Shown here one piece after another: positions 25,844 through 33,240 of a stretch of DNA of 38,953 bases. Location of the stretch: contig JBMOFX010000001.1 of assembly GCA_049318665.1 (NCBI GenBank), forward strand, positions 1-38,953, given 5' to 3'. The notes under the pieces are model-generated. The model worked only from the letters and a program-made list of their open reading frames with translations. It was not told the DNA's origin and did no database searches. The position numbers and the translations under genes were made by a program. The stretch comes from Ilumatobacteraceae bacterium. GTDB lineage: Bacteria; Actinomycetota; Acidimicrobiia; Acidimicrobiales; Ilumatobacteraceae. Each line of letters opens with the position of its first letter. Positions within the stretch are counted from its first letter, which is position 1.

Positions 25844-27541
25844 GTGAGGGTGACGCGAGCCGAACTGAAACGCGACGCGATCGCCGGCATCCCGGGCGCG
25901 ATCAGCAGCGTGCCCGACGGGATGGCGGCCGCCGTGCTGGCTGGCATCAACCCGATCCACGGTCTGTACGCCAGCTTCGCCGGACCGACTGTCGGCGGCT
26001 TGGCCACCAGCACCCGACTCATGGTGATCACGACCACCAGTGCGGCGGCCCTCGCCGCTGGCTCCGCATTGAAGAACGTCCCGGCGGCCGAGCGGCCGCA
26101 GGCGATGTTCCTACTCACGCTCCTCGCCGGCGCGGCGATGATCGCGGCCGGCATCGCGAAGCTGGGCCGCTACACCCGCTTCGTCACCCAGTCGGTGATG
26201 ATCGGATTCCTCACCGGTGTCGCCGTCAACATCGTGTGCGGGCAACTCAGGGACCTCACCGGCACCGATCCGGACGGCCGGTTCGCCGTCACCCGAGCGT
26301 TCTGGGTGGTGACTCACCCCGGTGAGATCCACGTGCCATCGCTGCTCGTCGGGCTGGGCGCGATCGCACTGCTGCTCCTCCTTGCGCGAACGCCACTGCG
26401 TTCGTTTTCCGCGATCATCGCATTGGTCGTCCCAACAGCCGTGGTGCTCATCGCCGGACTCGATCGCGTGGCGCGTGTGTCGGATTCCGGCGAGATCCCG
26501 CAAGGCATCCCCCTCCCCCACCTCCCCGAGCTGTCGCAGTTCTCGATCCCGTTGGTCATGGGAGCGCTGACGGTGGCAGCGATCGTCCTGGTGCAGGGCG
26601 CAGGGGTGAGTGAGTCGGCGCAGAACCTCGATGGCACCACCTCCGACGCCAACCGCGACTTCATCGCACAAGGCGCTGGCAACGTGGCCTCGGGTCTCTT
26701 CCTCGGCCAACCGGTGGGCGGTTCGGTCGGCCAGACAGCGCTCAACGTCGCCGCGGGAGGACGGACCCGGTGGGCGGCGGTCTTCAGCGGCATCTGGATG
26801 CTGCTGATCCTGGCGTTGTTCTCCGGGGTCGTCGGCAAGGTGGCGATGCCGACCCTCGCCGCCGTGCTCATCGTGGCCGGCGCCGGTTCGATCCGCACCC
26901 GCGAGGCGCTGGCGGTGTGGCGCACGAGCCTCACCGCGCAGGTGGCGATGGCCACCACGTTCCTCGCCACCCTGGTGCTGCCCGTCGCCGCGGCGGTCGG
27001 CATCGGTGTCGCGCTCTCGATCATCCTCCAGCTCAATCGCGAGGCCCTCGACCTCGCCGTCGTCGAGGTGTACTTCACCGACGAAGGACGTCCCGCCGAG
27101 CGCCCAGCGCCGGCGCGGTTGCCCGACCACGGCGTCACCATCCTCGCTGTCTACGGCAGCCTGTACTACGCAGGTGCTCGCACGCTGCAAGCGAGGCTTC
27201 CCGATCCAACGGGAACTACTCGTCCAGCAGTCGTGCTGCGGCTGCGAGGTCGGATGACGCTCGGCGCCACCTTCTACGCGGTGCTCGAGCAATACGCGTC
27301 GCGGCTCGCCGCGGTCGGCGGCACACTCACGCTCACCGGGCTGGCGCCCGGCGTCGTGCAGCAGATGGAGCGCACTCGTCGGTTCGACATGGCCGGCCCG
27401 GTGACCCTGTACCCCGCCACCGAAGTGCTGTTCGAGTCGACCGAACGCGGCTACCGCGACGCACAGGCGTGGACCGTCACCCACCGAACGCACGAAACGA
27501 CCGAAGCGAACGAACCGAACGAACCGAACGAACCGACATGA
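25844..27541 (+). CDS. SulP-family anion transporter with C-terminal STAS domain
   Basis: Lies in ORF 25796-27541, with several in-frame GTG starts. I prefer GTG 25844, which lies 7 nt after TAATGT. It has the SulP N-terminus AGIPGAISSVPDGMAAAVLAGINPIHGLYASF, many TM segments, and a STAS-like end (ILAVYGSLYYAGARTL...VVLRLRG). The tail ends in (NEP)3. Confidence 0.88.
   Translation: MRVTRAELKRDAIAGIPGAISSVPDGMAAAVLAGINPIHGLYASFAGPTVGGLATSTRLMVITTTSAAALAAGSALKNVPAAERPQAMFLLTLLAGAAMIAAGIAKLGRYTRFVTQSVMIGFLTGVAVNIVCGQLRDLTGTDPDGRFAVTRAFWVVTHPGEIHVPSLLVGLGAIALLLLLARTPLRSFSAIIALVVPTAVVLIAGLDRVARVSDSGEIPQGIPLPHLPELSQFSIPLVMGALTVAAIVLVQGAGVSESAQNLDGTTSDANRDFIAQGAGNVASGLFLGQPVGGSVGQTALNVAAGGRTRWAAVFSGIWMLLILALFSGVVGKVAMPTLAAVLIVAGAGSIRTREALAVWRTSLTAQVAMATTFLATLVLPVAAAVGIGVALSIILQLNREALDLAVVEVYFTDEGRPAERPAPARLPDHGVTILAVYGSLYYAGARTLQARLPDPTGTTRPAVVLRLRGRMTLGATFYAVLEQYASRLAAVGGTLTLTGLAPGVVQQMERTRRFDMAGPVTLYPATEVLFESTERGYRDAQAWTVTHRTHETTEANEPNEPNEPT
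27502..27537 (+). repeat. tandem 9-bp repeat (about 4 units)
   Basis: The units read cgaagcgaa, cgaaccgaa, cgaaccgaa, cgaaccgac. They encode the EANEPNEPNEPT tail of SulP and abut the ATG of the HAD gene. Confidence 0.8.
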
Positions 27542-28443
27542 CCGACGTGCTCCCATCGTGGCGACCGGGTGCCACTCGTGATGCGCTCGTCGGCTTCTTC
27601 GATGCCGCGCACGACATCCCGCCCAGCGACCGGGTGGCCGTGTTCGACAACGACGGCACGTTGTGGTGCGAGAAGCCCGCGTACCCCCAGCTGTCGTTCT
27701 ACGTGCACGAACTCGCCGATGCCGCGCAGCGCGATGCGGACCTCGCGTCGAGGCCGGAGTACGACGCGTTGCTTCGCCGAGACGGCGCCCGCATCGCCGA
27801 GTTGGGAGTACCCAGGATTGCGTCGGCGTTGCTCGAGTTGTTCGTCGGACTCTCGCCGGAGGAGTACAGCCGGCGTGCCCGCCGGTACTTCGCCGAAGCA
27901 GCCCACCCGACACTCGCACGGCCGCTGCGGTCCACCGTCTACCAACCGATGCTCGAATTGATCGATGCGCTTCGAGCCCACGACTTCAGTGTGTTCATCG
28001 TGTCGGGCGGTGGTGTCGAGTTCGTCCGATCGATCAGCCTCGACCTGTACGGGGTACCGCCAGAAGGAGTCGTCGGCAGCATGATCGCGTACGAGCAACG
28101 AACGGTCGACGGCGCACCGGCGCTCGTGCGTACCGCCACACTCGACGGCCCTGCCAATGAAGGAATCGCCAAGGTCCACGCGATCCAACAACACCTGGGC
28201 CGCCGCCCGATCCTCGCCGCGGGCAACTCGCCCGGCGATAGGGAGATGATCGAGTGGGCGGTTGCGTCGACCGGCCCCACGCTCGGGCTGCTGATCGACC
28301 ATGACGACGACGTCCGCGAGATGGCCTACGAGAGTGTGGCCGGCACGTTCCACAGTGACGAGCGGATCGTCGACGTGGGCCGCGCTGCGGGCTGGGTGGT
28401 CGCGAGCATGCGGCACGACTGGGAAGCGGTCTTCCCGTCGTGA
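27538..28443 (+). CDS. HAD-superfamily hydrolase (HAD-IB-like)
   Basis: Lies in ORF 26770-28443; ATG 27538 overlaps the SulP stop (ATGA). It has the HAD motif I VAVFDNDGTLW, motif II FIVSGG, and the late block AAGNSPGDREMI. Confidence 0.8.
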   Translation: MTDVLPSWRPGATRDALVGFFDAAHDIPPSDRVAVFDNDGTLWCEKPAYPQLSFYVHELADAAQRDADLASRPEYDALLRRDGARIAELGVPRIASALLELFVGLSPEEYSRRARRYFAEAAHPTLARPLRSTVYQPMLELIDALRAHDFSVFIVSGGGVEFVRSISLDLYGVPPEGVVGSMIAYEQRTVDGAPALVRTATLDGPANEGIAKVHAIQQHLGRRPILAAGNSPGDREMIEWAVASTGPTLGLLIDHDDDVREMAYESVAGTFHSDERIVDVGRAAGWVVASMRHDWEAVFPS

Positions 28444-29681
28444 TCATCGCAACGTCGGAGGGCGTGAGCCTCAGCGTGACAGCGGCGTTCGCCACGTCGA
28501 TCGTGCTCTACGGCCTGGTGTCGGCACGGCTGACCCGATGGAACGTGACAGCTCCGATGGTGTTCCTGGTGCTCGGTCTCGTGCTGGCCAACGGCCCGAC
28601 CGGCTTCCTCGAGGTCCATCTGGGATCCGAAGGCATCGCGTTGATCGCGGAGATCGTGCTCGCCGTCGTCCTCTTCGGTGATGCGGCAGGCATCCGCCTC
28701 GGCGATCTGCGTCGCGACGCCGGGCTGCCGGCGCGGTTGCTGCTGATCGGTCTCCCGATCACGATGGCGCTTGGCACGCTGGCGGCGCACCTGCTGCTGC
28801 CGGGCTTGTCGTGGTGGGTGTGCGCAGTGATCGGCGCTGCCGTGGCCCCCACCGATGCCGCGCTCGGCTCCGCGATCGTGAGCGATCGCCGGATCCCGCT
28901 CCGCGTTCGACGACTGCTCAACGTCGAAAGTGGACTCAACGACGGTATCGCCACGCCGTTCGTCAACCTGTTCATCGTGGCCGCCGTCGCCGGCACGGCA
29001 CTGCAACGCGAAAGCAATGGCCGCGCGCTGCTCGGATTGGCTGGCGGGGTCGTCGCCGGCATCGTCATCGGTGGCGGAGGGGCGTGGTTGATGCACCGCG
29101 CCGACCTCGCCGGGTTGGCGACGCGTTCGCAGCGCAGCGTCGGCGTGGCCGCGCTCGCACTCCTCGCCTACGCCGGCACCGTCGTGCTCCACGGCAATGG
29201 CTTCGTGGCCGCCTTCGTCGCCGGCCTCGTGTACGGAGCCGTCAAGGCCCGGTCGCGAGACGACGACAGCGCGGAGGTACCGCCCGATCCACACGACTCG
29301 CTCGAACTCACCCATGAACTCGGGTCGCTCGGGTCGATGATCGTGTGGTTCCTGGTGGGCGCCGTACTGGTACCCACCCTCGCCGATCTCACCGCCGGCG
29401 AGGCCGTGTTCGCGGTGCTGGCGTTGACGATCGTGCGGATGGGTCCGGTCGCGCTGTCACTACTCGGTGCCGGACTCGATCGGGCGACCATCGCAGTGGT
29501 GGGCTGGTTCGGTCCGCGCGGACTTGCCTCCGTCGTGTTCGCCCTGCTCGCACTCGAAGGACTCGGTGACGAGGTCGGGCTGAGAGCGGTGAGGGTGATC
29601 ACCGCCACGGTTGCATTGAGCGTGATCCTGCACGGCGTGACCGCCGGGCCGGTGGCCGCTCGTCAACGACCAGCGGACTGA
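28440..29681 (+). CDS. cation:proton antiporter (CPA1, Na+/H+ exchanger family)
   Basis: GTG 28440 overlaps the HAD stop (GTGA). It has about 11-12 TM segments and the exchanger blocks AVAPTDAALGSAIV and NVESGLNDGIATPF. Confidence 0.88.
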   Translation: MIIATSEGVSLSVTAAFATSIVLYGLVSARLTRWNVTAPMVFLVLGLVLANGPTGFLEVHLGSEGIALIAEIVLAVVLFGDAAGIRLGDLRRDAGLPARLLLIGLPITMALGTLAAHLLLPGLSWWVCAVIGAAVAPTDAALGSAIVSDRRIPLRVRRLLNVESGLNDGIATPFVNLFIVAAVAGTALQRESNGRALLGLAGGVVAGIVIGGGGAWLMHRADLAGLATRSQRSVGVAALALLAYAGTVVLHGNGFVAAFVAGLVYGAVKARSRDDDSAEVPPDPHDSLELTHELGSLGSMIVWFLVGAVLVPTLADLTAGEAVFAVLALTIVRMGPVALSLLGAGLDRATIAVVGWFGPRGLASVVFALLALEGLGDEVGLRAVRVITATVALSVILHGVTAGPVAARQRPAD

Positions 29682-29688
29682 TCCTCGA

Positions 29689-30039
29689 TCAGAGACCGAG
29701 GATCTTGGCCTTCTGCGCCGCGAACTCCTCGTCGGTGAGGATGCCCTGCGCGTGCAGGTTCGCGATCTGCGTGAGCTTCGCGATGTCGTCGTCGCTCATG
29801 CCGCCAGCGGCCGGTGCTGCCGGTGCTGCGGGCACTGCCGCCGCCACTGCCGCTGCGATTTGAGCGGCCTGCTGCTGCTCTTCGAAGGCTGCGGCTTGCG
29901 CGGCCTGGGTCGCCTTCGCCTGCTGGTTCGCAGCGGACTTGTTGGACACGGCGCTGGCAGTGCCAACGACCACGGCGGTTCGGGCGGCGGTGCCGATCAG
30001 GCTGGGACGGCCAACTCGGCCAACTCCTCGACGCATCAT
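29689..30039 (-). CDS. SHOCT-domain protein (basic Gly/Ala/Thr N-segment, Q/A/P-rich linker)
   Basis: Lies in ORF 29689-30456; ATG 30039 (MMRRGVGRVGRPSLIGTAARTAVVVGTASAVS) has GAGGAG 7 nt upstream. The C-terminal SHOCT motif reads IANLHAQGILTDEEFAAQKAKILGL. Confidence 0.75.
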   Translation of the reverse strand: MMRRGVGRVGRPSLIGTAARTAVVVGTASAVSNKSAANQQAKATQAAQAAAFEEQQQAAQIAAAVAAAVPAAPAAPAAGGMSDDDIAKLTQIANLHAQGILTDEEFAAQKAKILGL

Positions 30040-30098
30040 GATGGTGCTCCTCGTTCTTGTGTGTGTTGGGTGGTGAAGATTGCGGTGTCGTGTGGTGT

Positions 30099-30114
30099 GT
30101 CGGCGTGAGCCGAC
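30099..30114 (-). other. intercistronic stem-loop between the DUF6325-like and SHOCT genes
   Basis: GTCGGC pairs with GCCGAC around a 4-nt loop, 4 nt downstream of the DUF6325-like stop on the transcribed strand. A CA-rich tract follows and no U-run. Confidence 0.3.
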
Positions 30115-30118
30115 GGGA

Positions 30119-30535
30119 TCATGCGCTCTCGGCGATGGCTTCGAGCACAGCCTCGTGCGGCACGCGGCCGCCGGTGACGATGTGGCCGTTCGCCTTGCGG
30201 ATCGCTGCGGCGAGCGGTGCGGCCCAGAGGTCTTCCCACACCAGCAGGAGCGCCGACGTCTCGGGGGGCAGCACAGCGGCGGCGAGCAGGATGTCGTCGT
30301 CACCGAGCAGACCGGCCTCACCGTCGAGGGCTGCGAAGCCGAAGCCATCGCCGCTCTCGCCTGCGTCGTACTCGTCGTAGAGCACGTTGCCGAGGGCATC
30401 TTTCGTGATGAACACCACGTCGATGAGACGAACCGTCTCGTTGGCGATGAGGTCACCCAGCGCGGGGACGATCTCGCCCGTGAACTGGTTGCCGGGGAAC
30501 TCGATGAGGATGTATTCGACCGGACCGATGGTCAT
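30119..30535 (-). CDS. uncharacterised acidic cytoplasmic protein (recalled as DUF6325-like)
   Basis: Lies in ORF 30119-31372; ATG 30535 has AGGAG 8 nt upstream. The N-terminus MTIGPVEYILIEFPGNQFTGEIVPALGDLIANETVRLIDVVFITKD matches a conserved actinobacterial family I recall as DUF6325. It has no TM segment, signal peptide or catalytic motif. Confidence 0.6.
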   Translation of the reverse strand: MTIGPVEYILIEFPGNQFTGEIVPALGDLIANETVRLIDVVFITKDALGNVLYDEYDAGESGDGFGFAALDGEAGLLGDDDILLAAAVLPPETSALLLVWEDLWAAPLAAAIRKANGHIVTGGRVPHEAVLEAIAESA

Positions 30536-30603
30536 GACTGTGGCTCCTGGGTCTGAGAAGGACGGACGTTCGCCAGCATTGTGCCTTGTGGGAGGGCCCG
30601 TCG

Positions 30604-31524
30604 TCACCCGGTGCGGGTGATTACGCGCTCGACACAGCGAAAACCGATGTGGCTCATGCCCGTGTCGATCATCTGCGGGCGTCGTGCTGACGGTCGATAC
30701 CGCCGGCAGTACGAGTCGGCACACAAGAAGGAGCCACCCTTGATCACCTTGCGCGGGATCCTGAATTGAGGTTGGGCGGGGTCGAAGCTGCCGTCGATAT
30801 CGCCGCCACGGGGGTTGACCGGTACACAGCAGGGCTTGTCGGCATCCTCGCTGTGTTGCGTCGTGTACCAGTCGTCGGTCCACTCCCACACGTTGCCCGC
30901 CATGTCGTACAGGCCGTATCCGTTGCTGGGGAACGATCCGACGGGTGTCGTGCGGCCCCACCCCGGCAACGGCCGCCACGGGAAGTCGCCGCGGTAGTAG
31001 TTGGCGAGCGGCTGCTCGATGGTGTCGGGCTCGTCGCCCCACGTGAACGCGCAGCCCTCGAGGCCGCCGCGTGCGGCGACTTCCCACTCGGCCTCGGTGG
31101 GCAGCGCAGCTCCACGCCACGTCGCGTATGCGGCGGCGTCCTCGTGCGCGATGTGGACCACCGGGTGGTCGCCACGCCCGTCGAGCGTCGACCCGGGGCC
31201 TTCCGGCCGACGCCACGAGGCCCCGGGCGTCCACCGCCACCACTGACTCAGGTTCCGCAGGTCGACCGGGCCACGGGTGGGCGCGAACACCATCGAGCCC
31301 GGCACCAGGTTCTCGACGGGCGCACCGGGGAAGTCGGCCGGGTCGAGCGGGCGTTCGGCCACCGTCACCCACCCCGTTGCATCGACGAACCTCGCATACG
31401 CCGCATTGGTGACCGGATGCACATCAATGGAGAACGGATCGATCGTCACCCGATGGGACGGCGCCTCCTCCGGTTCATGCCGGTCGGAGCCGACGACGAA
31501 CGTGCCGCCGGGGATGGCGAGCAT
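30604..31524 (-). CDS. formylglycine-generating enzyme (FGE/SUMF1 family)
   Basis: Lies in ORF 30604-31698; ATG 31524 starts 10 nt after the SDR stop, with AGGA upstream. FGE blocks are present: HPVTNAAYARFV, LPTEAEWEVAARGG and YDMAGNVWEWT. The catalytic Cys pair sits in KGGSFLCADSYCRRYRPSAR...HIGFRCV. Confidence 0.88.
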   Translation of the reverse strand: MLAIPGGTFVVGSDRHEPEEAPSHRVTIDPFSIDVHPVTNAAYARFVDATGWVTVAERPLDPADFPGAPVENLVPGSMVFAPTRGPVDLRNLSQWWRWTPGASWRRPEGPGSTLDGRGDHPVVHIAHEDAAAYATWRGAALPTEAEWEVAARGGLEGCAFTWGDEPDTIEQPLANYYRGDFPWRPLPGWGRTTPVGSFPSNGYGLYDMAGNVWEWTDDWYTTQHSEDADKPCCVPVNPRGGDIDGSFDPAQPQFRIPRKVIKGGSFLCADSYCRRYRPSARRPQMIDTGMSHIGFRCVERVITRTG

Positions 31525-31534
31525 CACGTCCTGC

Positions 31535-32299
31535 TCAGATCCCGAGCATGCCAGCGGCGAGACCCGCCGTCTCTCCCCCGTCTGCCACGAACTCTGCACC
31601 CGTCGAGAAACTCGACTCGTCGCTCGCCAGGAAAACGACGAGCTGAGCCAGCTCCTCCGGGCGTCCCATGCGATGCATCGCCACGTGGCGGGGCGCACCC
31701 TGCATGCCGGCCGTCATCGGAGTCGTCACGCCGCCGGGGTGCACCGAATTGCATCGGATGTCGTACTGGGCGAGATCGAGGGCGACGGACTTGGTGAGTC
31801 CTCGAACCCCGAACTTCGACGCGTTGTACGCCGACAGCGAGGCGTAGCCGTGCAATCCCGCGGTCGACGAGATGTTGATGATCGAACTCGGGGCGCCAAG
31901 CTTGAGTGCCTCCACAGCGGCGCTGATGCCGTTGAACACACCGGTGAGGTTGACCGCGATAATCGTGTCCCACTGCTCGCCGGTGAATCGATCGATCGGT
32001 CCGAAGTTCACGATGCCAGCGTTGTTCACGAGCACGTTGAGGCGCCCGAACGTACCGACGGTCGTCGACACGGCGTCGGCCCACTGTTGACGGTCGGTGA
32101 CATCGAGGTGCAGGTAGGTGCAGGCCTCGCCGAGGTCAGCCGCAACCGCAGCTCCTTCGGCGTCGAGAACATCGGTGATCACGACCTGCCCGCCTTGCGC
32201 CACGATGGCCCGAGCGAAACTCTCGCCCATGCCGCGAGCACCTCCGGTGACGAGTGCAACCTTGCCGGCAAGTCGATCGCCGCGCCCGTCTGTGGTCAT
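31535..32299 (-). CDS. SDR-family oxidoreductase (hydroxysteroid-dehydrogenase-like)
   Basis: It has VTGGARGMGES, NNAG, and the catalytic YNASKFG. Confidence 0.9.
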   Translation of the reverse strand: MTTDGRGDRLAGKVALVTGGARGMGESFARAIVAQGGQVVITDVLDAEGAAVAADLGEACTYLHLDVTDRQQWADAVSTTVGTFGRLNVLVNNAGIVNFGPIDRFTGEQWDTIIAVNLTGVFNGISAAVEALKLGAPSSIINISSTAGLHGYASLSAYNASKFGVRGLTKSVALDLAQYDIRCNSVHPGGVTTPMTAGMQGAPRHVAMHRMGRPEELAQLVVFLASDESSFSTGAEFVADGGETAGLAAGMLGI

Positions 32300-32325
32300 G
32301 GTGACTCCCTCATCAGTTCGACTGG

Positions 32326-32988
32326 TCAGTGCTCTTGCTCACGATCTTGCCACGTGCAGACACACGCCTCGTTCCCATCGGCGTCGGCGAGCACCCACCA
32401 CGCGTTCGCGAAGGCATCGCTCACGAGTCGGCCTCCGGCGGCGAGCGCTGCGGCGATGCGTTGCTCCGCCTCGTCGTGCGGCACCGTCACATCGATGTGG
32501 AAGCGGTCGCGCCCAGGACGGGGCTCGTCCAACTGCTGGAACCAGATGTTCGGTCCGGCACGGTGCGGGTCGACGAGGGTGTCGTCGACGAGTTCGTAGC
32601 CCAGCACCGCTGCCCAGAACGGACGGATCCGATCGGCGTCGAGCGTGTCGATCGCGATCTCGACGCCTTGAAGCACGGACGGCTGGGACGTCGCTCCGGC
32701 ATCGCGCGCCAGACCGGAGATCTGGCGAGCCAAGTCGACGTCGATGGTGGCCAGTCCGCCCGTCTCGTGGGTGGTCAACACCACGCGCACATCGCCGGGG
32801 TAGCGGAGGGTCAGGTCGGGATGGTGCACCATCTGCTCGGCCGCGTCGGCGATCGCGACCACGAGCGCGGCGGCCGCCGGGAAGGTGGGCACACGGAAAT
32901 CGGCCTGCAAGGTGTTGAGGATGACTCGCCAATCGTCGAGGCCGACGGTGGTGGCGATCTCGGCGGGGGTGACGGGGGTGTAGTGCAT
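32326..32988 (-). CDS. fusion protein: pterin-4a-carbinolamine dehydratase-like (PCD/DCoH) N-domain + VOC/glyoxalase-like C-domain
   Basis: Lies in ORF 32326-33216; the likely start is ATG 32988 (MHYTPVTPAEI). The PCD core reads AEQMVHHPDLTLRYPGDVRVVLTTHETGGLATIDVDLA. The VOC-like half reads FWAAVLGYEL...RFHIDVTVP...WWVLADADGNEACV. Confidence 0.7.
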   Translation of the reverse strand: MHYTPVTPAEIATTVGLDDWRVILNTLQADFRVPTFPAAAALVVAIADAAEQMVHHPDLTLRYPGDVRVVLTTHETGGLATIDVDLARQISGLARDAGATSQPSVLQGVEIAIDTLDADRIRPFWAAVLGYELVDDTLVDPHRAGPNIWFQQLDEPRPGRDRFHIDVTVPHDEAEQRIAAALAAGGRLVSDAFANAWWVLADADGNEACVCTWQDREQEH

Positions 32989-33038
32989 GGTGCCATTCGA
33001 GCACGGATCGAGGGGGCCGAGTGTCCTAGAGTCGTGCC

Positions 33039-33239
33039 ATGCGGGTTCACCTCGATTCAGAGAAGTGTCAAGGTCACAATCGTTGCTACGCCCTGGCGCC
33101 GGAGTTGTTCGATGTCGACGACTACGGTCAGGCCGTGCTGCTGGTGGAGGGCGACGTCCCCGACGAGTTGCACGAGAAGGCCCGGCTCGCCGCATCCAAC
33201 TGCCCCGAGTTCGCAATCAAGATCCTGGAGAACGATTGA
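33039..33239 (+). CDS. small ferredoxin (3Fe-4S type, P450 redox partner)
   Basis: 66 aa with the CxxHxxC...CP cluster motif (KCQGHNRC ... NCPEFAI). It ends 1 nt before the P450 start. A TAGAGT hexamer ends 6 nt before its ATG. Confidence 0.88.
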   Translation: MRVHLDSEKCQGHNRCYALAPELFDVDDYGQAVLLVEGDVPDELHEKARLAASNCPEFAIKILEND

Positions 33240-33240
33240 C

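Noticed and set aside
27484-27537. Repeat tract considered as a possible CRISPR or mobile-element terminal repeat
   Set aside because: The units are only 9 bp, contiguous with no spacers, in frame and coding (NEP repeats). No cas, transposase or integrase genes occur anywhere in the window.
26111-27919. 602-aa minus-strand ORF opposite SulP/HAD
   Set aside because: This is an Arg/Gly/His-rich shadow ORF. The plus strand encodes clear SulP-STAS and HAD proteins.
30605-30619. CACCCG-gtg-CGGGTG hairpin as a terminator for the FGE gene
   Set aside because: It lies inside the last codons of the FGE gene, has a 3-nt loop, and has no U-tract on the transcribed strand.
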